Shown: one piece after another, positions 36,571 to 46,100 of the stretch
Layout: each line of letters begins with the position of its first letter
Position numbering within the stretch: the first letter of the stretch is position 1
Assembly: GCA_963770545.1 (NCBI GenBank)
Contig: CAVYQF010000036.1
Span: 38,253-102,252, forward strand
Reading direction: 5' to 3'
DNA length: 64,000 nt
DNA from: an uncultured Actinomycetes bacterium
GTDB taxonomy: Bacteria > Actinomycetota > Actinomycetes > Streptosporangiales > Streptosporangiaceae
Translations under genes and position numbers: made by a program
The notes under the pieces: generated by a model
Database searches by the model: none
What the model saw: the letters and a program-made list of their open reading frames with translations, nothing else
What the model was told of the DNA's origin: nothing

Positions 36571-37535
36571 CTGAGCCGGGCCCGGAGCAGGCCGGGGAGG
36601 GCCGCCCGGCCGGTGATCGGCTGGAAGCCCTCGGCCGCCGCCCGCAGGGCCCGGTCTTCTTCGTCGCTCAGCTCGATGTCGGCGGCGGCCACGTTGCTCT
36701 CCAGCTGCTCGACGCTGGACGCGCCGGGGATCGCGGTCACGGCCGGGCTGCGGATGACCCAGGCCAGCGCGATCTGGGCCGGGGTGGCCCCATGCTCGTC
36801 CGCCACCCCGCGCAGCACCCCGATGAGCTCGGCGGCCCGCTCGATGTTCTCCGGCAGGAAGAGCGGGTTGGCGCCGCGGACCCGGTTGGCGGGCAGGTTG
36901 TCGCGGTGATACCGGCCGGACAGCAGGCCCTGGGCCAGCGGGCTATAAGCGATGATCACGCGGTCCTGGGCCTCGGCGTAGGGCAGCAGGTCCCGCTCGG
37001 GGGACCGCTCGACGAGGCTGTACTCGACCTGGTTGCTGAGCACCGGGCCGCCCAGCGCCGCCTCGGCGGCCCGCCAGCGGTCCAGCGAGTAGTTGCTGAC
37101 CCCGACCTCACCGATCAGCCCGACGTGCTGCAGAGCCCGCATCCCGCGCATGGCCGGGCCGTCCCTGACCACCGGGTTCTGCTGATGCATCTGGTACAGG
37201 TCCAGGTGCCGGGCGCCGAGCCGGTTCGCGCTGGCCACCGCGCGCTGCTCAACCACCGGGGCGAGCGGCAGCACCGGGAGGATCTTGGTGGCCAGGAACA
37301 CCGAGCTCAGGTCCTCACCCAGGGCCCGGCCGAGGATCCGCTCGCTGCGCCCGTACCCGTAGATCTCGGCCGTGTCGAAGAGGGTCACGCCCAGGTCGAG
37401 GGCCCGGCGCACGATGGCGTGCGACACCTGCTCGGCGTAGGGATCGCCGTAGCCCCATTCTTTCGAGCCGAACTGCCAGGTACCCAGCCCGATCTTGGAA
37501 ATCTGCTTGGCGGTGCCGGTGCCCAGATAGCGCAT
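36564..37535 (-). CDS. aldo/keto reductase
   Basis: Start at MRYLGTGTAKQISKIGLGTWQFG (ATG 37535). DTAEIYG and a typical C-terminal region. Confidence 0.9.
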   Translation of the reverse strand: MRYLGTGTAKQISKIGLGTWQFGSKEWGYGDPYAEQVSHAIVRRALDLGVTLFDTAEIYGYGRSERILGRALGEDLSSVFLATKILPVLPLAPVVEQRAVASANRLGARHLDLYQMHQQNPVVRDGPAMRGMRALQHVGLIGEVGVSNYSLDRWRAAEAALGGPVLSNQVEYSLVERSPERDLLPYAEAQDRVIIAYSPLAQGLLSGRYHRDNLPANRVRGANPLFLPENIERAAELIGVLRGVADEHGATPAQIALAWVIRSPAVTAIPGASSVEQLESNVAAADIELSDEEDRALRAAAEGFQPITGRAALPGLLRARLSR

Positions 37536-37665
37536 CCCCCTAGTGTCCGCCACGACGCCGCAGCCTGGTGGCCCGGGGCTGGCTGTCGCCCGGCGGCCTG
37601 CGCCTGGTCCGTGCCCGAGCAGCGGGAGATGCTGGTCGCTGGCCTTTCCGCGTGTGCGGGCGGTG

Positions 37666-37986
37666 ATGATTGGCGGCATGGGAGATTCCGCGAACGCCGG
37701 TGACGTGCGGACCGGGCCGGGGCGCACGCCGTACCTGCCTGAGCCGACCGGTCCGGGCCCGGTCGGTACCACGTCCTTGTACCTGAAAGACGCCTCCCGT
37801 CGCGATCCCTGGGCCGCGGGGGTGAGCGCACGAGAGCTGATGGTCTCCCTGTGGTCTCCGGCGGCGCCCACGGACGAGCAGCGTGTCCGGGCCTTCTTCG
37901 ACCAGCACCTGCGCGGCAGGCCACAAGCGCTGCTGGACCAGCCGTCATCACGCTACCCCGAGGTCACCTTCTGCTCCCCGGACTGA
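37666..37986 (+). pseudogene. remnant of a secreted alpha/beta hydrolase (PAF-acetylhydrolase/lipase-like) with the catalytic core deleted
   Basis: The N-terminal-type segment PEPTGPGPVGTTSLYLKDASRRDPW...ARELMVSLWSPA is joined directly to the C-terminal-type segment VRAFFDQHLRG..LLDQPSSRYPEVTF. About 100 codons remain, where I expect roughly four times that. Confidence 0.5.
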
Positions 37987-38216
37987 AACGCCAGCACCGC
38001 AGCCAGGGCATGACGCTTCTCCGGGCGACAATGACAGGCCCGTGAGGAACCGCCAAGATCCGCAGGTCAAGACCGTCTGGGGCACCGGCGAGGACCAGGC
38101 CACAGGCCAGGCCCGAATCGCGCGCAGCGAACCTCGCGGTGCTGGCCATGCTCTCGCTCCCAGACGTATCTTGTGGTCGGGGGATTGGTCATGGCTATAC
38201 GGGAGGACCCACGCTC

Positions 38217-38645
38217 ATGAGCACATCGCCGCTTTCTCCACAGGAGATCCGCGCTGCCGCCGCGGCGCACCAGGAGCTTGGCCCCGAATACGGCGACGCG
38301 GTGATCGAGTCCTTCCTGGAACGGGTTGACCGGGAAATCACCGCACGTGCCGAAGCGCGTCTCGGACCCGTGTCCCGCGAGCAGCCGGTCCAGCCAGCAC
38401 AGTCCAATAGCCGCCGCACGCTGCTGACCGGTGTTGCGATCGGCATTTTCGTCACCGGTGTGCCGTCCATGATGGTCGCGGCGAGCGCGGGTGGCGTCAT
38501 CGCCAAGGATGAAACACAAGTTCTTCTCATCATGGCCGTCCTGTGGGCGGTAGCGGTGGCCGTAGCAGCGTCCGCGATTCGTGTCCGCCTGGAGCTGCGG
38601 CGCAAGGAAACCGGCGCTCGCCAAAGCGGCCGCCCGGCCCGTTAG
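38217..38645 (+). CDS. hypothetical membrane protein
   Basis: ATG at 38217 with gggagga at 38201-38207. A soluble N-terminal half, then two TM helices. Confidence 0.5.
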   Translation: MSTSPLSPQEIRAAAAAHQELGPEYGDAVIESFLERVDREITARAEARLGPVSREQPVQPAQSNSRRTLLTGVAIGIFVTGVPSMMVAASAGGVIAKDETQVLLIMAVLWAVAVAVAASAIRVRLELRRKETGARQSGRPAR

Positions 38646-38783
38646 GACCACCCCCGTCTGATCGTGCATCAGAGGGTGAAGTGGGTTGCGGGTCCAAGAG
38701 GCGAGCTGGGCCCGGAGTGCTGACTGAAGCCTGGTTTGTGCGGGCGCCACCGTGTTGTCGGGGGTGCGGCCTTAGCCTGGCCG

Positions 38784-39739
38784 CTGACAGGGGAGTATGG
38801 GGCTCCGGAGGAGCGCTTCGAGGGTCTGGTCGGTGAGCTTCTCGGGTAGACCCGGGCGTGGTCCCGGCCCCCGCGGGGGCAGCGGCTTCGGCCGCAGCGC
38901 GCTGCGCTGGGAGAAGAAGAATCTTGCGGGTGACTCTGCGCGGGCCTGGTATCACTGCACAGCCTGCGGGCACGGCTTCGAGCCGCGCGACGCCCAGCTC
39001 GGGATCGCCGGGCAGAGCATGTCGGAGAGGCTGCGGAAGATGACCGCGCGGGCGGCCGCCGTGGTGCCATTCGCGGCAGCCGTACGCCTGGTAGCAGAGC
39101 TGGCCGGGCTCACACTCACCGGCAAGCGCGAAGGGCGGAGAGCCGAGGCTGACGGGCAGGCCGCCGCCGCGGTGATCGAGGCGCGGGCCGCCGCGGTCCA
39201 GGCGCGTGCGCTGGTGCCGCTGCCGCCCGCCCGCTCCCTGACATGCTGTATGTCGCGATCGACGGGACCGGGGTTATGGTGACAGAGGCTGAGGCTGAGG
39301 GATGGACAGGAAAGGGTGAGGACGGTAATGCTCGCAACAGCGAGATGAAGATGGATGTCGCGTTCACCCATAAAGCTGCCGATGAGAACGGCCGAAGGTC
39401 CGCGACCCGGCGTCCTCCTCGTATGTGCCCACCTTCGCCTCGGCCGCCGCGTTCGGCACGCTCATGGCCGCAGAGGCCCGCGCCGCGGCGCGAGACACAT
39501 CTGCCAGGTGGTCATCCTCGGCGACGGGGCAGCGTCCATCTGGAATCTTGCCGGGCAGCACTTCCCGGGGGCCACCCAGGTCTCGAGGTGTTAGCGCGAT
39601 GCTGGTCCGCGGGCGCTTGGTGGTGAAGCTCCCGGCGCCGCGGGTTGACGCGCTGGTCCCCGCCGGTGACGGGGTGCATTTCGATGCGAACAAGGGCACA
39701 ACCACGAAGTTTCTAACGCACTCCAGGGACGACGGCTGA
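38784..39739 (+). pseudogene. degenerate second copy of the TfoX-like gene (see 40439..40777), split by a transposase fragment
   Basis: 38748-38925 and 39597-39690 are colinear with 40403-40580 and 40586-40690. This copy has CTG in place of the GTG start, an in-frame TAG (gggtagacc), an indel, and ~650 bp of foreign sequence after the EKK codons. Confidence 0.75.
38940..39594 (+). mobile_element. internal fragment of a DDE transposase gene, ISKra4-family-like, frameshifted
   Basis: WYHCTACGHGFEPRD.QLGI (zinc-ribbon-like), LTCCMSRSTG/LYVAIDGTGVMVTEAE..GKGEDG.AR. (first catalytic D region), then in other frames VVILGDGAASIWNLAGQHFPGATQ. Both the N- and C-terminal thirds of a full transposase are missing, and I found no terminal inverted repeats. 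Confidence 0.6.
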
Positions 39740-39807
39740 CCTGCTTCGACCTGAGGACCAGCCCACTGGGCTGAGATGAAGGCGGTCAACCGTCCACCCG
39801 GTGCGGG

Positions 39808-40395
39808 ATGCTGGCAGGCATGACCGACGACTCACGCAATGACACGACCATCCGCGAGGCCCGTGCGGAGGACCGAGCCTCGATAGTTGGCGTCGCTGAG
39901 GCGTCCGGGTTGTTCCCGCCAGGTGAAATGCTCGAAATTCAGGCCACGCTGGATTCCTTCCTCTCCGGTGCGGCCGCAGGGGGCCGCTGGCTCATCGATG
40001 ACGCCGGTCGCGGTGCTGAAGGCATCGCCTACTACGCCCCTGAGCGGATGACCAGCGGTACCTGGAACCTCTACCTTCTGGCCGTGCGTCCAGGCCGGCG
40101 CGGGCATGGCCGGGGAACCGCACTCGTGCGCTACGTCGAGCAGGACCTGCGAACCCGCGGAGCGCGAGTGCTGCTCATCGAAACGTCGGGAGTGCCTGAG
40201 TTCGCCGGTCAGCGCGCCTTCTACACACATCTTGGCTATCAACAAGAGGCACGTATCCGGGACTTCTACGACGCCGGTGATGACAAGATCGTCTACTGGA
40301 AGGCGGTCGCCGCCGACGATCCGCCTATCTGGATCGAGCCCCACACTGACGAGCGTCCGTCAGGCCGCCGCCGAGGAAGCCTGGCGGAGTCCTGA
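39808..40395 (+). CDS. GNAT-family N-acetyltransferase
   Basis: 195 aa. Acetyl-CoA motif VRPGRRGHGRGTALV. Confidence 0.8.
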   Translation: MLAGMTDDSRNDTTIREARAEDRASIVGVAEASGLFPPGEMLEIQATLDSFLSGAAAGGRWLIDDAGRGAEGIAYYAPERMTSGTWNLYLLAVRPGRRGHGRGTALVRYVEQDLRTRGARVLLIETSGVPEFAGQRAFYTHLGYQQEARIRDFYDAGDDKIVYWKAVAADDPPIWIEPHTDERPSGRRRGSLAES

Positions 40396-40438
40396 TTTCC
40401 CGCACCGTGTTGTCGGTACCGGGGCCTAGCCTGGCCTC

Positions 40439-40777
40439 GTGACGGGAGAGCATGGGGCGCCGGAGGAGCGATTCGAGGATCTGGTCGGTGAGCTGGTCGG
40501 ATGCCCGGGCGTGACTCCGCCCAGCGGGGGGAGCGGCTTTGGCCGGAGCGCGCTGCGCCGGGAGAAGAAGATCTTCGCGATGCTGATCCGCGGCCGGCTG
40601 GTCGTGAAGCTCCCGGCGGCCCGGGTCGACGCACTGGTCGCCGATGGGGAAGGTGTGCGGTTTGATGCGAACAAGGGCACACCGATGAGGGAGTGGCTCA
40701 GCCTGGCCCCGGAGTCGGAGCTGTCCTGGCTGCCGCTGGTCCGTGAGGCACTGGACTTCGCCCAGGCCAGGCGCTGA
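40439..40777 (+). CDS. TfoX/Sxy N-terminal-domain-like protein
   Basis: 112 aa, GTG start. FGRSALRREKKIFAMLIRGRLVVKLPAARVDALV..G.GVRFD...G..MREWL pattern. Confidence 0.6.
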   Translation: MTGEHGAPEERFEDLVGELVGCPGVTPPSGGSGFGRSALRREKKIFAMLIRGRLVVKLPAARVDALVADGEGVRFDANKGTPMREWLSLAPESELSWLPLVREALDFAQARR

Positions 40778-40821
40778 ACCGGCTTGATCTGCTCGTGATG
40801 CAGGCCACTTAGGGTGACAGC

Positions 40822-42054
40822 GTGGCGGCTTTTCAGCGGGACGAGGCACCGCGCCAGCGGTTCCCTGCCCTCGACCCTGAGCCGCCGCCCCCACCCTGGT
40901 GGAGGCGGCTACTAGTGCCCCTGTGCGTGCTGGCCGCGGTCGCGGTGGTGGTGACGGCGGTCCGGTGGCTGCCCTCGGTCTTCGCCGGTTCCCCCGCCCG
41001 GCCCGCAGCGGCCGGGCGCGCAGGGCACCGGCAGGCAGCGGCACCGGCGGTCCGGGCGGGCGGCCGGGTCGTCGTCGTCACTCCGTCCGGCGAACTGGCC
41101 CTGGCCAACCCCGACGGCAGCCATCTCGCCCGGGCGGGCGGCTTCGGGAACGTGGGCGACTCGGTAGCGGTGTCGCCAGACAATCGCTACATTTCCCTGT
41201 TCAACGGGCAGGTGATCAGGATCAGCCCCGGCCCCGCGCTGGCCAGCTTCCCGGGCAAGGTCCAGCTCAGCAGCAACACCACCGTCACACTGCCGGATCC
41301 CTTCGCCGATCACGGGCAGGCCGTGGTCATGCTGCAGGACTTCGGCGAGCCCGCTTACTCGTCCACCAACCCCATCTCGGTCATCTCGATCGCCACCGGT
41401 CGGTCGGTGTCGCTGGGCAACGGGGACCAGGTGGCCGGGGACCCGGCGGCGGCCGGGGTCTTCACTACCGTGAGCGCGCCTGTTGCGGCGGGTGCGGTCT
41501 CGTTCGTCACCGCCCCAGACGCCAGGGTGGTGATCCGCGACGCGGGGCGGCCGCCGGTGCTGCTCGTCACGGCCCGGCAGCTGACCCGTGATCTGGGCCT
41601 GCCCCGCCGCCTGGCGGTATCGCTCGCCGTGTACCCCAGCCCCCGCGGAACCGAGGCCGCGGTGACGGTCCGGCCGGCCGCTGGCGGCCCAGGTGGGGGC
41701 CTGGTCATCCTGACCCGGTCCGGCCAGACCGTCGCCCGGCTCCCGGCCTCGCCAGGCGCGGCACCGGCCCCGGGTGGCCCGGCCTGGTCACCCTCCGGGA
41801 AGTCGCTGGCCTACCTGGGCACTACCAGCGGCGGTTCCCCGGAGCTGAGCATCTGGTCAGCCGGCCGTCGGCCGCTCGAATCCAGCCCGCTCCCGGCGTC
41901 GGCCGGCCGCTACGGCGAGTGTGTCTGGGCGCCGGACGCCACCTGGGTTCTCTGCCCGGCGTCCGGCGGGTCGCAATGGGTGATCGCCCCGGCGGACGGG
42001 GGGCAGCCCGCCGTCGCCCCCGGGCCCGGAGTACCGGTCGCGTGGCTGCGATGA
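40822..42054 (+). CDS. membrane-anchored exported protein with TolB/PD40-like beta-propeller character
   Basis: GTG start and one TM helix (LLVPLCVLAAVAVVVTAV). WSPSGKSLAYLG..SG.PELSIW-type repeat. The stop overlaps the permease ATG (ATGA at 42051). Confidence 0.5.
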   Translation: MAAFQRDEAPRQRFPALDPEPPPPPWWRRLLVPLCVLAAVAVVVTAVRWLPSVFAGSPARPAAAGRAGHRQAAAPAVRAGGRVVVVTPSGELALANPDGSHLARAGGFGNVGDSVAVSPDNRYISLFNGQVIRISPGPALASFPGKVQLSSNTTVTLPDPFADHGQAVVMLQDFGEPAYSSTNPISVISIATGRSVSLGNGDQVAGDPAAAGVFTTVSAPVAAGAVSFVTAPDARVVIRDAGRPPVLLVTARQLTRDLGLPRRLAVSLAVYPSPRGTEAAVTVRPAAGGPGGGLVILTRSGQTVARLPASPGAAPAPGGPAWSPSGKSLAYLGTTSGGSPELSIWSAGRRPLESSPLPASAGRYGECVWAPDATWVLCPASGGSQWVIAPADGGQPAVAPGPGVPVAWLR

Positions 42055-45000
42055 CCCGGCTGGCCGCGGTCCTGCGCGGGATGCGGCAACGGGGCGGCAC
42101 CACCGTGATGATCCTGGCGGTGGCCCTGGTGGCCACTGCGGCGGCAGCCACCGGCCCCATCTACTACCAAGCGGCGCGGACTTCCATCCTGCGGGACACC
42201 GTGGCCCGGACTGGATTCGCCGGCCGTGGCTACGAGGCCAACCAGACCGGCGCCATCCCAGGGCTGCTCGCGCAGCTCGAGCCGGTGGTGCGCGGTCAGC
42301 TGGATCATAGCCTGGGCAGCCTGGCGGGACTCTTCGCCGCCCCTGTCTACGCGGTCGAGAGCACGGTGGCCTATCCGCAGTACCGCGCCTCGGTCCCGAT
42401 CGTCTGGCGCAGCGGCGTGTGCGCTCAGCTGCGCATCAGCGGCCGCTGTCCCACGGCGCGCGGGGAGGTGCTGGTCAGCCGCCGGATGGCCGCCCTGACC
42501 GGCTGGCACCTCGGCCAGCACATACGGTTCGCCCCCTGGCCGGCCTTCACCATCACCGGCCTGTACGGGCAGCCGGACCAGGGCCGCGGATACTGGTTCG
42601 GCCGCGGCTCCCTCTACTTCTCGGCCACGTCCGCGGCAACTGAACAGGCGAGCACCGCCAGCTCGATCGATGCGTTCTTCACCCCGCGGGCCACCCTGGA
42701 GCAGGCGCCCGCGCAACAGCAGGGCACCGCGGTGGTGGACGATCTGCTTGTCCAGTCCCGGCTGACCGGCAGCGAGGTCGCCCCGCTGGCGTCCGGGATG
42801 ACGGCCTTCACCACCTCCCCCGCGTTGCAGCAGCAGCAGGTGCTGGTGAGCACCGCCATCCCGGCCACGCTCCAGGCGGTGCAGACCAGCTGGCGGACGG
42901 TGGAAATCCCGGTCGTGCTGATCACCGCCCAGTTGCTAGCCGCCTGCCTGCTGCTGCTCTTCTTGTCGGTTACCGACGCGATCGACGCCCGCGGGCACGA
43001 CGTGTCCCTGGCCAAGCTGCGCGGGCGTGGCGGCTGGCGGACGATCGTGTTCGGGATGTCCGAGCCGGTGTTGCTGCTCGCGCTGGCCCTGCCCATCGGC
43101 ACCCTGTGCGGATGGGCGGCGACGGCGGCCCTCAGCCGTGTGCTGCTGCGTCCGGGCACCGCAGTGGCGCTGCCCCCGCTGGCCTGGGCTGCGGCCGGCC
43201 TGGCCACGGCGGGCGGCCTGCTGGCCGTCCTGCTCGCCGCCCGCCGGACCCTGCGGCGGCCCGTCGTGGAGGAATGGCGCCGGTCCGGCCGCAAACCCGC
43301 CGGGCGCGGCTGGGTGGCGGACGCGGTCCTGGCCACCGCGGCCGTGGCCGGCCTGCTGGATCTGGCTGTCACCGGGCAGATCGGGTCGGCCCGGCACGGT
43401 GCCCTGGGCCTGCTCGTCCCGGGATTGCTGGGCCTGGCCATCGCGGTCATCGCCTCGCGGCTGCTGCCGCTAGCCTGCCGGTCGGGCTTCGCCCGGACCG
43501 GCACCGGGGGCAGTATCGGCCTGTTCCTCGCGCTCCGGCATGTCGCCCGCCGCCCGGGCGGGACCCGGACCACGATCGTGCTCGCGACCGCGTTCGCCCT
43601 CAGCACGTTTGCGGTCACCGCGTGGGCCGTGGACCGCAACAACGAGCACCTCGTCGCCGCGGCCCAGGTCGGCGCGCCAGTCGTGCTCACGGTCGGGGTG
43701 CCGGCGGGCAAGAACCTCGGGACCATCGTGGACCACGCCGATCCAGGTGGCCGGATGGCCGCCGCCGTGGACCGTTACGTCAGCCTGTCCAGCGGCAGCG
43801 CGGGACTGACCGTGCTGGCCGTGGACCCGCAACGGTTCGCCCGGGTCGCGACGTGGCGTCCAGGATTCACCTCCCGGTCGCCTGCGGAGCTGGCCGGGAA
43901 GCTGGCCCCGCGGGCCCCGGCCCCGGTCATCCTCCGCGGCAGCGCGCTGCGTATCACCGTGGACGTCCACACCCTGTCGCCGCCGGGCTCGGTGCTCTCG
44001 GCGGACGTCAGCACCGGGGCGTCGCCGGTGATCCTGGGCCCGTTACCTGGCCACGGCGTCTCTACGGTGACCGCGCCGCTGGTCGGCTGCCCGTGCGTGC
44101 TCCAGGATCTTGACCTCACCCCGCCGACGCACTTCCTGCTGAGCCCGGTGACCGGGTCGGTCACCATCACGGCGGTGCAGGTGCACGGCGCCGCCGGCTG
44201 GGTGCCTGCCGCGGCCGGGCTGCTGTCCACCGCGGCGCGGTGGCGTCCCGGGCACCAGGACAACCCGCCGGACCGGGTGAGGGGATCCGCGGTCGGCCTC
44301 GACTGGAAATTCGCCGGGCATCCGCACCAGGGCGCCCTGCTGGTCTCCGCGGACCGGCCCTCCCCGCTCCCCGCGGTGGTGTCCAGCGCGATGCTCAGCC
44401 ACGGCGAGCAGTTCGCGTCCGGGGTGGGCCTCGACGGCAGCCCGCTCGAATTGCGGGTGATCAGCGCGGCCAGCGTCGTCCCGGGATCCCCGCAAGCCGG
44501 GGAGCTCGTGGACCGCAGGTACGCCGAGCTTGCGGCGGGAGAAAACTTCCCGGACGCGAGCCAGCAGGTCTGGCTCGCGGCCGGGGCCCAGGCCAGCATC
44601 GAGCCGCGGCTGAAGACAGCCGGGCTGCGGGTGCTGTCGGCGAGCACGACCGCGTCGGTGGCTGCGGGTTTCGCCCGGCAGGGGCCCGCCCTGGCCAGCG
44701 TGCTGTTCCTAGCGGACGCGGCGGCCGCGGCGCTGCTGGCTGCGGGGGCAGCCGTGCTCGGCCTGTACGTCTCCGCGCGCCGGCGCCGGTACGAGTATGC
44801 GGCGCTCGCGGCGTCCGGGGTCGCCACCGCCACGCTGCGCCGGGCCGTCCTCACCGAGATGGCCATGGTGCTCGGTTTCGGCGTCACCATCGGCATCGGC
44901 AGCGGGCTGCTCGCCGCGGTCTTGGCCCTGCGCACGGTGCCTGAGTTCCTGACCACGCCGACGGCCCCGCTGTCCTATGTTCCGGCGGCGGCGCCGCTGG

Positions 45001-45110
45001 TCGCGCTGCTTGGCGGGGCGGTCGCGCTGCTCGTGGTCCCCGCAGTCACGGCGAGCGTGCTGCTGATCCGTGGGGTCAGCCTGGACCAGCTCCGGGAGAC
45101 ACCGACATGA
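42051..45110 (+). CDS. large ABC transporter permease with two FtsX-type modules
   Basis: 1019 aa from ATG 42051. TM helices cluster in two blocks separated by long extracytoplasmic regions, the usual layout of actinobacterial FtsX-like double permeases. Confidence 0.8.
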   Translation: MTRLAAVLRGMRQRGGTTVMILAVALVATAAAATGPIYYQAARTSILRDTVARTGFAGRGYEANQTGAIPGLLAQLEPVVRGQLDHSLGSLAGLFAAPVYAVESTVAYPQYRASVPIVWRSGVCAQLRISGRCPTARGEVLVSRRMAALTGWHLGQHIRFAPWPAFTITGLYGQPDQGRGYWFGRGSLYFSATSAATEQASTASSIDAFFTPRATLEQAPAQQQGTAVVDDLLVQSRLTGSEVAPLASGMTAFTTSPALQQQQVLVSTAIPATLQAVQTSWRTVEIPVVLITAQLLAACLLLLFLSVTDAIDARGHDVSLAKLRGRGGWRTIVFGMSEPVLLLALALPIGTLCGWAATAALSRVLLRPGTAVALPPLAWAAAGLATAGGLLAVLLAARRTLRRPVVEEWRRSGRKPAGRGWVADAVLATAAVAGLLDLAVTGQIGSARHGALGLLVPGLLGLAIAVIASRLLPLACRSGFARTGTGGSIGLFLALRHVARRPGGTRTTIVLATAFALSTFAVTAWAVDRNNEHLVAAAQVGAPVVLTVGVPAGKNLGTIVDHADPGGRMAAAVDRYVSLSSGSAGLTVLAVDPQRFARVATWRPGFTSRSPAELAGKLAPRAPAPVILRGSALRITVDVHTLSPPGSVLSADVSTGASPVILGPLPGHGVSTVTAPLVGCPCVLQDLDLTPPTHFLLSPVTGSVTITAVQVHGAAGWVPAAAGLLSTAARWRPGHQDNPPDRVRGSAVGLDWKFAGHPHQGALLVSADRPSPLPAVVSSAMLSHGEQFASGVGLDGSPLELRVISAASVVPGSPQAGELVDRRYAELAAGENFPDASQQVWLAAGAQASIEPRLKTAGLRVLSASTTASVAAGFARQGPALASVLFLADAAAAALLAAGAAVLGLYVSARRRRYEYAALAASGVATATLRRAVLTEMAMVLGFGVTIGIGSGLLAAVLALRTVPEFLTTPTAPLSYVPAAAPLVALLGGAVALLVVPAVTASVLLIRGVSLDQLRETPT

Positions 45111-46099
45111 GCCCCAGGGCGGGCAGCAGCCCGGGCGGCGGCTTCGCGGCGGGCGGCAGCTTCACGGCAGGCACGGGCCACGGCGCAGATCATGGCGGCA
45201 ACGGCGCGGCCGAACGTGATGCGAACGGCACAGTGCTGGTGCGCTGCGAAGGCCTGGTCCAGGTGTACGGCGACCCTGGCGAGGAGATCACCGCGCTGCG
45301 CGGAGTGGATCTCGCCGTGGCCGAGGGAGACACGGTCGCGCTGCTTGGCCCCTCGGGAGCCGGGAAGTCGACGCTGCTGTGGCTGCTGGCCGGCCTGCTG
45401 CGGCCCACGGCCGGCGTGGTCGAGGTCTGCGGACGGCGCGTCGGCGACCTGACCGGCCGGTCCGCCGCCGACATGCGGCTGCGGGACGTTGGGGTCGTGC
45501 TCCAGAACCCGGGCCGCAACCTGCTGCACAACGAGACCGCCCTGGGAAATGTCCTGTTCGCGCAGGGCCCGACCCGGCGGTCCCGGGCGGTCAAGCGGCG
45601 CCGCGCCGCGGGCCTGCTCGACGCGGTGGGGCTGGGCCCGGCCACCCGGCGGACCGCGGGCCGGCTCTCCGGCGGCGAGCAGCAACGCCTCGCCCTCGCG
45701 GTCGCCCTGGCCAACGGGCCCCGCCTGCTGCTGGCCGACGAGCCGACCAGCCAGCTCGACCACCAGTCCGCCGCCGCGGTGGTCGACCTGATCCGCGCGG
45801 CCAACGAGGACCTCGGCACCACCGTGGTCGTGGTGACCCACGACCCCGACGTCGGCAGCGCGCTCGGCCGGACCGTGACGATCCGCGACGGGCGGGTGGG
45901 GGCCGAGGGGCACCAGGGTGAGGACTACCTCGTGGTCTCCCGGGACGGCTCGGTGCAGCTGCCGGATGAGATCCTGCGCAGCTCGCTGCCGCCCGGGTCG
46001 CTGGCCCGCGCGGTGGCGACCGCGGAAGGCGTGGAACTGCGGCGGGTCGACCTGGAGCGGGGCTCCCGTGGTGACGGGCCGGACCGGGGACGGGGCTGA
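45107..46099 (+). CDS. ABC transporter ATP-binding protein (MacB/LolD-type) with a ~100-aa C-terminal extension
   Basis: ATGA overlap with the permease. Walker A GPSGAGKST, signature LSGGEQQR and Walker B LLLADEPT. Gly-rich N-terminal tail. Confidence 0.9.
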   Translation: MSPRAGSSPGGGFAAGGSFTAGTGHGADHGGNGAAERDANGTVLVRCEGLVQVYGDPGEEITALRGVDLAVAEGDTVALLGPSGAGKSTLLWLLAGLLRPTAGVVEVCGRRVGDLTGRSAADMRLRDVGVVLQNPGRNLLHNETALGNVLFAQGPTRRSRAVKRRRAAGLLDAVGLGPATRRTAGRLSGGEQQRLALAVALANGPRLLLADEPTSQLDHQSAAAVVDLIRAANEDLGTTVVVVTHDPDVGSALGRTVTIRDGRVGAEGHQGEDYLVVSRDGSVQLPDEILRSSLPPGSLARAVATAEGVELRRVDLERGSRGDGPDRGRG

Positions 46100-46100
46100 C

